NCBI GenBank assembly: GCA_963663475.2
Contig: CAXXJV010000001.1
Span: forward strand, 2,624,001 to 2,688,000
DNA: 64,000 bases
Source: Candidatus Cloacimonadales bacterium
GTDB taxonomy: Bacteria > Cloacimonadota > Cloacimonadia > Cloacimonadales > JAFGVF01
Reading direction: 5' to 3'
Positions 30,918 to 41,091 of this stretch are shown piece after piece. Each line of letters opens with the position of its first letter. Positions within the stretch are counted from its first letter, which is position 1. The notes beneath the pieces are model-generated. The model ran no database searches. It was given only the letters and a program-made list of their open reading frames with translations, and was not told the DNA's origin. The translations under genes were made by a program, and so were the position numbers.

Positions 30918-31703
30918 TTAATAAATATAAGAGTTTATGAAACTCCAGTACATACCGAATAATTTATATCCCCATAAAATATATATCCAAGAAGATATAA
31001 CTAAAAATGGTCCAAAGGGAAATAACTTATCCTTACTATATTTCATAAATATTGACATTACGATTAGACCTAATAAGCTAGCCATAGCAACTATCATAAT
31101 TAAGTTTAATCCACCTACAAAAAATCCCATAGCCGAGATAAGAAGTACATCTCCAAAACCTAAGCCTTCTTTGCCTCTAATGTAATAATAGGCTATCATG
31201 ATTAACATAAAGAAAGCAAATGAACCTGCTCCACCTGCTAAACCACTAATAAGACTGGTCTCGTTTCCAGGAATAAAAAGTGAAATAAGACCTAGAATAT
31301 TAAGTGGAATAGAAAGCTTAAAAGGTATTCGCATATGGTATAAGTCTATGAAAATTATTATTATCCCGTAGGAAAAAAAGATTAAGTATTTAAATAATAA
31401 AACAGGGTTATCTGCTCCGAATCTCCAATAAACCAATAAATAAATTAAGGGTGTTAAAAATTCAACAATTACATAATGCCAGCTAATTTTAGCTCCACAA
31501 TTCCTGCATTTTCCTCTCAGAAATAACCAAGAAAAGATAGGAACATTTAGCCAAAAAGGGATTGCATAATCACATTTTGGACATTTTGATGATGGGATTA
31601 ATGATTTATCAAGAGGTAAACGGTAGATTACTACATTAAAAAAGCTTCCAAAGGCCATTCCTAGCATTACTAGGAAGGCAATAATTAACGGTTCAAGACC
31701 CAA
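30918..31703 (-). CDS. pilD: Prepilin peptidase (A24)
   Basis: GSFFNVVIYRLP, CPKC...RGKCRNC, GLGFGDV, PFGPFL. Confidence 0.92.
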   Translation of the reverse strand: MGLEPLIIAFLVMLGMAFGSFFNVVIYRLPLDKSLIPSSKCPKCDYAIPFWLNVPIFSWLFLRGKCRNCGAKISWHYVIVEFLTPLIYLLVYWRFGADNPVLLFKYLIFFSYGIIIIFIDLYHMRIPFKLSIPLNILGLISLFIPGNETSLISGLAGGAGSFAFFMLIMIAYYYIRGKEGLGFGDVLLISAMGFFVGGLNLIMIVAMASLLGLIVMSIFMKYSKDKLFPFGPFLVISSWIYILWGYKLFGMYWSFINSYIY

Positions 31704-32183
31704 TTAGTCCCTCCAAAATTTATTTGATCTGAAATATGGATTCTCAGATCCTCCTCGAAACACAAAATGAATAGAAGTGTTTTCTGTAGGACGATAATTA
31801 ACTGAAAAATCTGGAACTAAATCAGTTGAGTTATCATCATTTCCCTCAATATTGAAGCCCTTTGTAATATTAGCTGAACCAAAATTACTTAAATGTAAAT
31901 CAACATTAATATCAAGTTTATCATTTACTTGGTAGGAAATATGATTTGTGTATCGTGATTGATAGAGAGATGTTCCAGAAGAATAAGCAGTTGAAAATGA
32001 CATAGTATGACTCATACTATAATTGTTGGGATTCAACAGGGAGTAATTATTAGGATTCCATTTCCATGAACTAGGACTCCAATTATTAGCCATAAAGTTA
32101 GTCCCATTATCCCCAAATTTAAGCTGTCCATTAACCATAGTTAGCATTAAAACTAAGGCTGTAATTAAGATAATTCTTTTCAT
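31704..32183 (-). CDS. Secreted hypothetical protein
   Basis: AGGAG RBS, then signal peptide MKRIILITALVLMLTMVNG. Confidence 0.6.
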   Translation of the reverse strand: MKRIILITALVLMLTMVNGQLKFGDNGTNFMANNWSPSSWKWNPNNYSLLNPNNYSMSHTMSFSTAYSSGTSLYQSRYTNHISYQVNDKLDINVDLHLSNFGSANITKGFNIEGNDDNSTDLVPDFSVNYRPTENTSIHFVFRGGSENPYFRSNKFWRD

Positions 32184-32269
32184 TTTAATCTCCTTAAAGA
32201 TTTCTTCAGTAATGTTTCTCACTCTCTAAAACAAATTTAATCAGATTTAATTTTATGTCAAATTTTATT

Positions 32270-33703
32270 CTACCAGCCTGCTTTAGATACCTTCCATTTA
32301 CCCTTTGAATATAAAAATAATGCTATTAGAACACCAGCACTATTGCTTACAACCATAGCCCACCAAAGTGCTTCATATTGGTAAGGAGCAAGAACTTTTC
32401 CCAAAAATCTTACCTCTTCTTCAAAGATAGAAAACCAACCTAAATCTTTTCCAATAAAATATCCTGCAAATATATATGCCAAAGGAATTCTGAATAACCA
32501 GAGTCTGCTTACATTAAAAGCCATTGTTGATTTTGAATGACCAGCACCATTGAATACACCCATAAAGACCATTAAAATGCCAAATATCCAGGTAGCATAA
32601 GCAGTAATCTTAAACATCCTTTGCCCAACCTCTATAACACTTTGCTCATTAACAAAGAATTTAACTAATTCTCCTCCATAATTATAGATAAAAATACAGC
32701 CTACTGTCATTATGGTCATTACTAAAAGCATAGCATAATGGACACTTTTCACTGCTCTTTCTTCTTCTTTAGCCCCTAAATTCTGACCTACAAAAGACGA
32801 TAAAGCATTACTGATTCCCATTGCAGGTAACATGAAGATACCAACCATCCGATTACCAATGGAATTAGCAGAAATAACAGTTGTTCCAAATGAATTTACT
32901 AGTCCTTGAACTAATAAAAAACCTAGAGAAGTTGTGGATTGTCCTATTGAAGCTGGCAGGCCTATTTGGAAGATATTCTGGAGAACACTTTTTTTAGGAA
33001 TCATGTTTTGTAAACTAGGAATCAAATCATGATATTTTTTAACAAAAATAAGTAAGGCTATCAGTGAAGCTAAAATACGACTAACAAGGGTAGCAATTGC
33101 TGCACCTTTTATCCCCATTTCAGGAAAAATTCCCACTCCAAAGATTAATAAAGGATCAAGAATTAAGTTAAAAATAACAGTTATCACCTGAACAATCATA
33201 GGAGTAACACTATCTCCAAAAGCAGTAGTTATACTTTGATAAACCATAAAAAACATCATGGCTATCATACCATATAAAATATAGGTTATATAGGTATGGG
33301 CATCATTAATAATCTCTGGAGGAGTTTGTAATAATCTTAGGAAAGTGGGTATCATAGTCTCAGTAATAATTATCAGGATTAGACCAAAAACAAGGAGGAT
33401 TGGTACAAACTGACCTATAGCAACCTTTATCTTTTTCGTATCATTCATACCTTTGAATTTTGAAACAATTGCAGTACCAGCTACTGTAAAACCAGCAGCA
33501 AAAGACATGATAAAGAAGCTTAAAGGGAAGGTCATGCCTGTCACAGCTACAGCTTCTTTAGCTCCACTTGCAATTTTACCTAGCCAATAGGTATCTACTA
33601 GATTGTAGAGAGTCCCCATAAAATTAGATAGCATAATTGGTAAAGACAAGAGAATTAGGTTTTGTAGTATATTACCCTCAACAAGATTTATGTTTTTTTT
33701 CAT
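32270..33703 (-). CDS. MATE-family efflux transporter
   Basis: YNLVDTYW, NLILDPLLIFG...GIKGAAIAT, GQNLGAK. Confidence 0.92.
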   Translation of the reverse strand: MKKNINLVEGNILQNLILLSLPIMLSNFMGTLYNLVDTYWLGKIASGAKEAVAVTGMTFPLSFFIMSFAAGFTVAGTAIVSKFKGMNDTKKIKVAIGQFVPILLVFGLILIIITETMIPTFLRLLQTPPEIINDAHTYITYILYGMIAMMFFMVYQSITTAFGDSVTPMIVQVITVIFNLILDPLLIFGVGIFPEMGIKGAAIATLVSRILASLIALLIFVKKYHDLIPSLQNMIPKKSVLQNIFQIGLPASIGQSTTSLGFLLVQGLVNSFGTTVISANSIGNRMVGIFMLPAMGISNALSSFVGQNLGAKEEERAVKSVHYAMLLVMTIMTVGCIFIYNYGGELVKFFVNEQSVIEVGQRMFKITAYATWIFGILMVFMGVFNGAGHSKSTMAFNVSRLWLFRIPLAYIFAGYFIGKDLGWFSIFEEEVRFLGKVLAPYQYEALWWAMVVSNSAGVLIALFLYSKGKWKVSKAGW

Positions 33704-33816
33704 AGTATTTCCTTTACTTCCATTTTTTTAAACCGAGGTTATAGTGTCAATAAAATTATTGACATCTTTCCTATAAACTCTCTTATGGAGACATAAATTC
33801 AAAAAAGGAAAAATAG

Positions 33817-34377
33817 ATGAATATAAAAAAGCTTTTCTTAATAATTTCTCTAACAATTCTCTTTTCTTCTTTATCAGCTTTCGAGTTCGGTAAAGATATA
33901 AGTCTCTTCTTACAAGAACAAGGTATTCCCAAACAATTAATCATAATTTTGATATCAATGTTGCCTATTGTTGAGTTAAGAGGAGCAATTCCTATTGCCA
34001 TAGGTTTATTAGGGATGACTTGGTGGGAAGCCATAAGTCTTGCTATCATTGGAAATATGATACCTATTCCCTTTGTTTTACTTTTTATGGAAAAAATCAC
34101 CCTTATCTTGAATAAATGGTCTTTTACTAGAAAACTTTTAGCTAAGATTTTTGCCAGAACTCGTAGTAAAAGTAAAGTTATTGAAAAATATGAGGAAATT
34201 GGTTTAACTCTCTTTGTTGCAATCCCCCTTCCAATTACTGGGGCTTGGACAGGTTCACTGGCAGCTTATCTCTTAGGATTAAAATTCTGGAAATCTATCT
34301 TGTGTGCCTTAGCTGGAGTCAGCATTGCTGGTGTGATTATGACTTTATTATCACTTGGACTTTTTTCTTTCCTATAA
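33817..34377 (+). CDS. Small multidrug export-type membrane protein (COG2426-like)
   Basis: SMLPIVELRGAIP, FVAIPLPITGAWTG. Confidence 0.85.
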   Translation: MNIKKLFLIISLTILFSSLSAFEFGKDISLFLQEQGIPKQLIIILISMLPIVELRGAIPIAIGLLGMTWWEAISLAIIGNMIPIPFVLLFMEKITLILNKWSFTRKLLAKIFARTRSKSKVIEKYEEIGLTLFVAIPLPITGAWTGSLAAYLLGLKFWKSILCALAGVSIAGVIMTLLSLGLFSFL

Positions 34378-34381
34378 TCTA

Positions 34382-34590
34382 AGGCGGGGAGAGTAAACAA
34401 TCCCCTTTCAGCTCGTAAGAGCGGTATGAGAGGGGTGCCGTTAGGCGGGGAGAATAAACAATCCCCTTCAGCTCGTAAGAGCGTTATGAGAGGGGTGCCG
34501 TTAGGCGGGGAGAGTAAACAATCCCCTTTCAGCTCGTAAGAGCGGTATGAGAGGGGTGCCGTTAGGCGGGGAGAGTAAACATTCCCCTTT
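34382..34590 (+). repeat. Tandem array of family A repeat (~3.3 units, 60-61 bp period, no spacers)
   Basis: Directly visible, near-identical units. Confidence 0.92.
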
Positions 34591-34736
34591 GATTCTTTAC
34601 ACGAATTAACACGAATTAGAACGAATTTCACGAATAAGAAAAGCTCTTTAACACGGAGTTCATAGAGGTAAAGAGGAGTTTCACAGAGTTTTTTTTTTTG
34701 CATAAATCTACCTTGCTAAAAGCCTGCCCATCTTTG

Positions 34737-36656
34737 ATAGGGGTAGGGGAGCTACCATTACTGACTCCCCTCCCTCCGAACCGTACGTGCGGTTCTCCCG
34801 CATACGGCTCTCCAGATAATAATTTACTCTCTGTGTAGAGATTGACATAATTGACGATGGGTTTCGGTTAATGAGAGAAGCCCAGCGTCTTCAAAGATTT
34901 TGTTTGGATATCTGAAATTATCTCTATATGTTGTTGCAATTCCTTTTCGTTTTTCAAACTTCTTTAGTATACTTCTTAGTCTTCGTCTTATCCATCCGTC
35001 CATATCTGGAAAAGTTGTTTTGTAGCAGTGTTTGTAATATTCAAACCAGCCTCGTATAATCGGATTTATCCTCTTGATTATTTCTTTTAAACTTTTCCCA
35101 TTTGTTCTTCTGGTATGTTTCCTAATACTATCCCTGAATTTCTTTTCACTCTTACGTTTAGGAAACTTTCAGAAAATCTTTGTCTTCTCGTAGTTCTTAG
35201 ATTTAACAAATCTATATCCCAAAAATCCTATCTCATCTTGCATACTATCAAGTATTTTAGTTTTGGTAGGATGGAGAATTAACTCAGCTTTTTCTGTCCA
35301 TTCCTTTACTGTTTCAAGTGCTTCTTCTGATTCTTTCTGGCTTCTACACATAATTATAAAGTCATCTGCATATCTTACCATTTGATAGTTTTTACTACTT
35401 ATTAACCAGTCAAACTTATTTAGATAGATATTTGCTAATAATGGACTTAATACTGCACCTTGTGGTGTTCCTTTTTCGGGAATCCATGTATCTAGCCCAT
35501 TAAATATACTTTGATTCAGAAATTTCTGAATTAGTTCTAGTACACGACTATCAGATATCTCTTCTTTTACTAAATCCATTAACTTTGATTTAGGTATTGT
35601 ATCAAAATATCCTTTTAAGTCTGCATCAACTACATATCGATAGCCTCTTTTAAGGTTATTATACACTATTCTGAGTGCATCTTTACAACTTCTTTTAGGT
35701 CTAAAACCAAAGCTATTTTCTGAAAATTTGATTTCAAATATTGGCTCGATTACATTCCTTATTGCTGTTTGAACTATTCTGTCTTCAACTGTTGGAATGC
35801 CTAAAGGTCGCTTTTCCTTACTTCCAGGTTTATCTATCATTACCCTTTTAATTGCATTTGGCTCGTATTCCTGCATTTCTAATCGCTTAGCTAATCTTTG
35901 CAACCTTTGTTCTACATGTTTCTCATAATGAGAGATACTCATATTATCAACGCCTGCACTTCCTTTATTAGCTTTTACTCTTTTCCATGCTGATAATAGA
36001 TTGTCTTTTGAATATACTTTATCTATTAAGCTAAACCATTTGCCTCCTTTGACTCCCCTTTGGAGAGCTGTCAACATTTTGTCTGTCCAGACAGACGATT
36101 CAGTCCATTTCCACTCTAATCTTATGAGAGAATTTTCTTCTTGTCCTTGTCTAGTCTTTTGTGACACTAACGAACATTTGTCTTTCATCTGTTTTTCCTT
36201 TTAAAATTTTATTATCCTGCTCCCCTTCGCTACTTTCAGGTTATGTTGTCCTGAATATCAACACTACTATGAGAGCTCTGACTCCTGAATACATCTCTAC
36301 CTATATTCAGGTCTCATAGCTTACCGATAACGACCTTCTTACCATTCCATCTCCAACCACATCTAACGTCCTGATATAGCTTACCGTTCAAACATCATAC
36401 AGCTTATCAGGTGTATGGCAAGCGGTGTAGGTTCTCACACCTTCCTGCAATACCATCATCAGTTTTCACCTTGCAATCGGAGGCTCAACACTATTAGCTG
36501 CCGAATCGAGTTCACTTATGTTACGGACTGGTATTTCACTTCCAGTTACTCCCCACCCAACCTCACGGTTACGCAGTTACTTTCAGTTACAGAACTTTTG
36601 ATGTAAGTTCTGAGTAGGACTTTCACCTACCTGATAGTTATCTATCACTATCGTAC
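34737..36656 (-). mobile_element. Group II intron (1920 nt)
   Basis: 5' end GUACG at 36656; domain V GAGCCGUAUGCGGGAGAACCGCACGUACGGUUC (~34778-34810); domain VI ending ...ACCCCUAU at 34737. Removing it restores TGGGTCGCGGGATT, identical to the neighbouring copy at 36708-36721. Confidence 0.9.
34824..36188 (-). pseudogene. ltrA: Group II intron RT/maturase interrupted by one in-frame TGA
   Basis: GSAGVD, RPLGIP, GTPQGAVLSPLLANIYL, RYADD. TGA at 35169-35171, then the same frame continues 114 codons (domain X: INPIIRGWFEYY, DGWIRRRLR) to TAA at 34824. No endonuclease domain. Confidence 0.85.
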
Positions 36657-36732
36657 GGTCGCGGGATTCTAGCCCGCGGTTATGCAGATTACAAGTGGTT
36701 ACGGGAATGGGTCGCGGGATTGTTGTCTCTTA

Positions 36733-36808
36733 ATTCCCCTTTCAGCTCGTAAGAGCGGTATGAGAGGGGTGCCGTAAGGCGGGGAGAGTAACATTCCCCT
36801 TTCAGCTA
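36733..36808 (+). repeat. Family A repeat copy plus partial second unit
   Basis: Sequence match to 16089-16145. Confidence 0.88.
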
Positions 36809-37108
36809 AAAGTGAAAAATGAAAGAGCTTTTACTCAAAGAGAGAGACATTAATATCGGTGTTTTCAGTGTTTTCGGAGGCAATTTTCTTCCTTCTTCCT
36901 TCCTTTTTCTTAAAAACTCTGTGTTAAGGATTTTAAGATATTGATTATTAGTGTTAATTTGTGTTTATTAGGCTCAAGTTCAAGTCTGGTGTGGGAATAA
37001 TACAATAGGAAAATGAGAATATTTCATTAGAATATTGATGTCAATAGCAGTTTAAATTGGTACAGTTTTGGCAGTTTAAAATGGTACACTATTGTAAATC
37101 ATATTTCC

Positions 37109-37837
37109 TTATAGTTTTCCTTTCATTCTATAACTATTTCCATCTATTAGAACTGTTTCTGCATGATGAACTAATCTATCTACTATAGCAGTAGTTATTA
37201 CATTATCTCCAAAGGATTCTCCCCACTCTTGGAATAGCCTATTAGAGGTAATGATAATAGATCTATATTCATATAACTCATTTATTAGCTTAAAAAATAA
37301 ACTCGCATTTACTGCCTTAATAGGAAGATAGCCTATCTCATCAATAATAATAAGATCATTTTTTACTAACTTTGAAATCCATTTTTTGAAGTTATTTTCT
37401 ACATTAGCAATAATCATTTCATCAATTAGGTCATTCATATTGTAAAAAATAACTTTATATCCTTTTAAGATAGCTTCATATCCTAAAGCTATAGATATAT
37501 GAGTTTTACCTACACCAGGAGGACCCATTAATATTTTGTTTTCTCTGTTATCTATCCAAGTAAAGTCCTTCCACTCAGTAATCATTCTTTTAGTTATTGA
37601 ATGCTGATATTTAAAATCAAAATCATCAAAACTTTTCAAAAGAGGAAATTTTGACCTTCTAATCTGTAAATTTATCATCGTTTGATTTCTACTATTGCAT
37701 TCATTATCAATTACATATGAAAGAAAATTCATATAAGATAACTGATTATCTTGTGCATATTTAAGATATGATTCTAAATTATTAATAGTATGCCTGCATC
37801 TTAGTCTAAATAGATTTTTCTTTAATGTTTCGATCAT
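37109..37837 (-). CDS. istB: IS21 IstB
   Basis: Identical protein to 13776..14504. Confidence 0.95.
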   Translation of the reverse strand: MIETLKKNLFRLRCRHTINNLESYLKYAQDNQLSYMNFLSYVIDNECNSRNQTMINLQIRRSKFPLLKSFDDFDFKYQHSITKRMITEWKDFTWIDNRENKILMGPPGVGKTHISIALGYEAILKGYKVIFYNMNDLIDEMIIANVENNFKKWISKLVKNDLIIIDEIGYLPIKAVNASLFFKLINELYEYRSIIITSNRLFQEWGESFGDNVITTAIVDRLVHHAETVLIDGNSYRMKGKL

Positions 37838-39318
37838 TTTTTTACCACCTTATTATAAATTGATAAATCTCTCTGTATAACTGATTTTTTTGTTTCTATT
37901 ATCCCATTGACTTGATTTTGATAGTTAGCAGATAACTTATTGCCTTTTATCTCTTCTTTGACTATAGACTCTATCTTTGTTGCTTTTATATCTTCTAATT
38001 CTAGTGCTTTAGAAATTATGTTTGACCAATTTAAGTATTTATTTTTATTATACATTTTTAAAAATGCTAATAGTTGCTCTCTGGGATTTCTGTGATTATG
38101 TGCTATGAGTAAATTTAATAAAAGGATTATCTTGTCATTATTGGGGAATAGTGAGCAAATATCTTCCTTTATATTATTAATTGTTTTCGAGTAGTCTATG
38201 TAATGACATTGAGATATGATAGGTTTTGTTCTTTCTCTGGAAATCCTATGAGATGCAACTTTTTTTCTACTATTCCTATCTATTATTTCTAAAGTGTCTT
38301 CATTTTCTTTAACTATAACTATCTTTTGTTGATAGATATAAGGAACTGAATATTTGTTACCATTCCATGAGATAAGACCTGTTTTATCTACTTTTCGTGT
38401 CTCTGCAATATTCAGGTTATATCTTCTTAATAGTTTTTCTTCTTCTTTAAACATTACTATAGGTCTTTCTCTAAGCGTACTGTGGATACGATTATTTACT
38501 TCTTCTAACCAGCTTTTTGATTTCAACTTAACTTCAGATAAACTAGTAAATACTTCACCATCAAGAAAATCATACTTAACTTCTTGAACTTGTCTTTCTA
38601 CCAACCCTTTACTTTCAGGATCATAACCTTCACAAACATAAGGACTTATTGTTAGATTATTCATAAATTGAAAAAACTTATTATTATAAGTTACTTCTCG
38701 ATAAATCTCCTTTATAACGACTAGTTTTGTTTGATCATAAACCATTGTCTCTGGGATATATCCAAAATATTCAAAGCAATCTTTATGGGCTTGGATGAAG
38801 TCTTGAGTCTTATAAGGTCTTGTTTGAAAATGTACATATTTCATTCGTGAATAGCAATAGCTAAACACACAAAAGTATATTTTTAACTTGCTCTTATCAG
38901 ATAAATAGATATTATACTCTCCGGGATCAACCTGCATCTGATTTCCTGGTTCATAATTGACAACTCGATAATAACGCTTAGTTGGTTGTATTAAATTATT
39001 TTTTATTTTTTTTGAAAAATTAAAAAAAGCTCTTTGTTTTACAGGTAATTTTCCATGCTGTTTGGATAATTTACGATATAATTTACTTAATCGCATATTA
39101 GGAAATTTTGTTAAATGTTTGCTAATTTCTTCCCTGTAAATTTCGAGCTTACTTGTTCGATTGACTTTCATTAAAGTTTTTTCTACGGTTTCAATGTCTT
39201 TTTGTAAGTAACCCATAACTGTTGTTTTAGAGATACTTAACTGTTCTGCTATTTCTCTTATACTCTTGCCATTTTCTCTTAATACTCTTATTGCGTGATA
39301 CACTTGGACTCCTTTCAT
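37834..39318 (-). CDS. istA: IS21 IstA
   Basis: Identical protein to 12295..13779. Confidence 0.95.
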   Translation of the reverse strand: MKGVQVYHAIRVLRENGKSIREIAEQLSISKTTVMGYLQKDIETVEKTLMKVNRTSKLEIYREEISKHLTKFPNMRLSKLYRKLSKQHGKLPVKQRAFFNFSKKIKNNLIQPTKRYYRVVNYEPGNQMQVDPGEYNIYLSDKSKLKIYFCVFSYCYSRMKYVHFQTRPYKTQDFIQAHKDCFEYFGYIPETMVYDQTKLVVIKEIYREVTYNNKFFQFMNNLTISPYVCEGYDPESKGLVERQVQEVKYDFLDGEVFTSLSEVKLKSKSWLEEVNNRIHSTLRERPIVMFKEEEKLLRRYNLNIAETRKVDKTGLISWNGNKYSVPYIYQQKIVIVKENEDTLEIIDRNSRKKVASHRISRERTKPIISQCHYIDYSKTINNIKEDICSLFPNNDKIILLLNLLIAHNHRNPREQLLAFLKMYNKNKYLNWSNIISKALELEDIKATKIESIVKEEIKGNKLSANYQNQVNGIIETKKSVIQRDLSIYNKVVKK

Positions 39319-39421
39319 ATTGTCTCCTAGATTTCTCTATTTTTTTATCTAGGAAACTGTACCAGATTAAACTGCCATTTGTGTACCAATTTAAAATGCC
39401 ATCTACAATTGATTCATCAAA

Positions 39422-39693
39422 AATCCCTGAAAGGGATAAAATAATTTAGCCCAGGGTAAGATGCTGAAAGTATCGCAACCCTGGGTAAAGATGGCTAGCC
39501 CAAAGATATTACCCTGTAAGGGTTTAATAAAATGATAAATAATGCATTATTTGGGATTATAATAAGTCTATGGTATATATGATGTTATTTAACCCTTTCA
39601 GGGTTAGGCTTTGTTTTTCATCACCAGTACCCAGGGTTGCATTCCCTTCAGGAATTTACCCTGGGCTAAACTATTTATCCCCTTTTGGGGATT
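39422..39693. repeat. Inverted pair of composite palindromes (REPIN/MITE-like)
   Basis: AATCCCTGAAAGGGATAAA..TTTAGCCCAGGGTAA..GCAACCCTGGGTA..ACCCTGTAAGGGTT, mirrored by AACCCTTTCAGGGT..TACCCAGGGTTGC..TTACCCTGGGCTAAA..TTTATCCCCTTTTGGGGATT. Confidence 0.8.
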
Positions 39694-39708
39694 CAAGACT
39701 TATCCCCT

Positions 39709-39750
39709 CAGGATACATAAAAAAGGTGTCCACTATATTGGTACTTGACA
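39709..39750 (+). mobile_element. Solo right end of the IS3 element, inside a family A repeat
   Basis: 42 bp identical to 16046-16087, flanked by ATCCCCT and TTCAGCTCGTAAGAGC. Confidence 0.88.
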
Positions 39751-39804
39751 TTCAGCTCGTAAGAGCGGTATAAGAGGGGTGCCGTTAGGCGGGGAGAGTA
39801 AGAA

Positions 39805-41091
39805 CTAAATTATATCATACTTCTTCAAGCTTGTGTATAATTCTTTAGAAATTTCTGACACAATATAAACTATTGGTACTGATAGAATCATACCTAAGAC
39901 ACCGAATAAATATCCTCCTGCCACAACAGTCAAGAAAACATAAAGAGGGTGAATATTAGTACTTTTACCTATCACAATAGGGTAAACAATATTGTTATCA
40001 AGAACTTGTACTCCCCACATACTAAAGATAACATAGAGAATCATAGATAAGTCTTGTCCAGTTAATACAATTGAGCTAATCGCAAAAACCACTCCGAAGA
40101 AAGGTCCAAAATAAGGAACCATATTAGCAAAACCAGCTAAAAGTCCAATTAAAATAGCGTAATTAACCCCGATTATAGAAAGCACTAGAGCAGTTAAAAC
40201 ACCAACAATTATGATTTCTATTACTAGGGCTCGGAGAAAACTTGAAACTAGTTCACTAATCTTATGGGTTATGGTAATATATAACTCGAAAAATTTATTA
40301 GGAATAAAGGAATTGAACATTTTAGAAAAGAGATTTTTATCTTTAAGAATAAAGAAACTTATAAAAGGTATCATGAAAACAAAGGCAAAAGTTGAAACAA
40401 TTTTATTAACATTTGATATTAATATTCCAGGAACTTCAATTATCTGATCTTTCAATCCTTGCGTCATATTCTTAAATTCATCAGTAATATCAATGAAGGT
40501 AATTTTATCATCTATATAATTTACATACTCTGTAATCTGAGCTAAAATAGGTATTTCCATAAACTTCTTCAATGATTCTTGCGACAAGGAATCTACCATT
40601 GTTGGCGGATTAGTAATATTTACTTGTGCTTGCTGATTATTAGCAGTATCCAGTGAATCATTTACCAAACGTCCATCATCATCAATCACAAATTTATCAG
40701 TCTCTTTATTGTAATTAAGATGAATATGAATTTCCTTCTTTGCCTCTTCCCCTTGCCCAACTGTTTGTTTTTGCTTGTTGCCCATGGCTTTCTGAACCAT
40801 CTCAGATTTGTTTAAGTAAGAAAAGATACTTTCCCCTTGAGAAATGACCTTAGGTACAACAAAAATCATTGTAATAACTAAACTTAGGCCAATTAGTAGA
40901 TAGATGGCTATGATAGAAAGAGTTCTACTAACCCCATAAGATTGAATGTAAGAAACAGCTGGATTGAGAATAAATGCAAAGATTATTCCTGCTATAACAC
41001 TTGATAAGATGTTCCAGTAGAAGACTGCTGCCACACCTAAGATAAGAAATAAAAAGATATTAAAGACAAGTCTGTTACTTCGTTTCTGCAT
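39805..41091 (-). CDS. AI-2E family transporter
   Basis: AFILNPAV, NMVPYFGPF, Q.LDNNIVYP..IG...IHP, GVLGMILSVP. ATG 41091 (after GAGG) preferred over 41169. Confidence 0.88.
   Translation of the reverse strand: MQKRSNRLVFNIFLFLILGVAAVFYWNILSSVIAGIIFAFILNPAVSYIQSYGVSRTLSIIAIYLLIGLSLVITMIFVVPKVISQGESIFSYLNKSEMVQKAMGNKQKQTVGQGEEAKKEIHIHLNYNKETDKFVIDDDGRLVNDSLDTANNQQAQVNITNPPTMVDSLSQESLKKFMEIPILAQITEYVNYIDDKITFIDITDEFKNMTQGLKDQIIEVPGILISNVNKIVSTFAFVFMIPFISFFILKDKNLFSKMFNSFIPNKFFELYITITHKISELVSSFLRALVIEIIIVGVLTALVLSIIGVNYAILIGLLAGFANMVPYFGPFFGVVFAISSIVLTGQDLSMILYVIFSMWGVQVLDNNIVYPIVIGKSTNIHPLYVFLTVVAGGYLFGVLGMILSVPIVYIVSEISKELYTSLKKYDII

Larger units (their letters stand above)
37039..39407 (-). 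mobile_element. IS21-family element, copy 2 (2369 bp, inverted relative to copy 1)
   Basis: Same ends and identical translated proteins; own 5-bp target duplication ATTGA at 37034-37038 and 39408-39412. Confidence 0.95.

Noticed and set aside
34382..34590. Possible CRISPR array
   Set aside because: The units are contiguous near-identical 60-61-mers with no unique spacers, and no cas genes are in the window.
35169..36188. RT as a retron, DGR or CRISPR-associated RT
   Set aside because: Domain V/VI RNA, intron boundaries and domain X identify a group II intron; no template/variable repeat pair was seen.
34737..36656. Class IIC intron, because it follows a hairpin
   Set aside because: Domain V has an AGC triad rather than the CGC typical of IIC; the class is left unassigned pending phylogeny.
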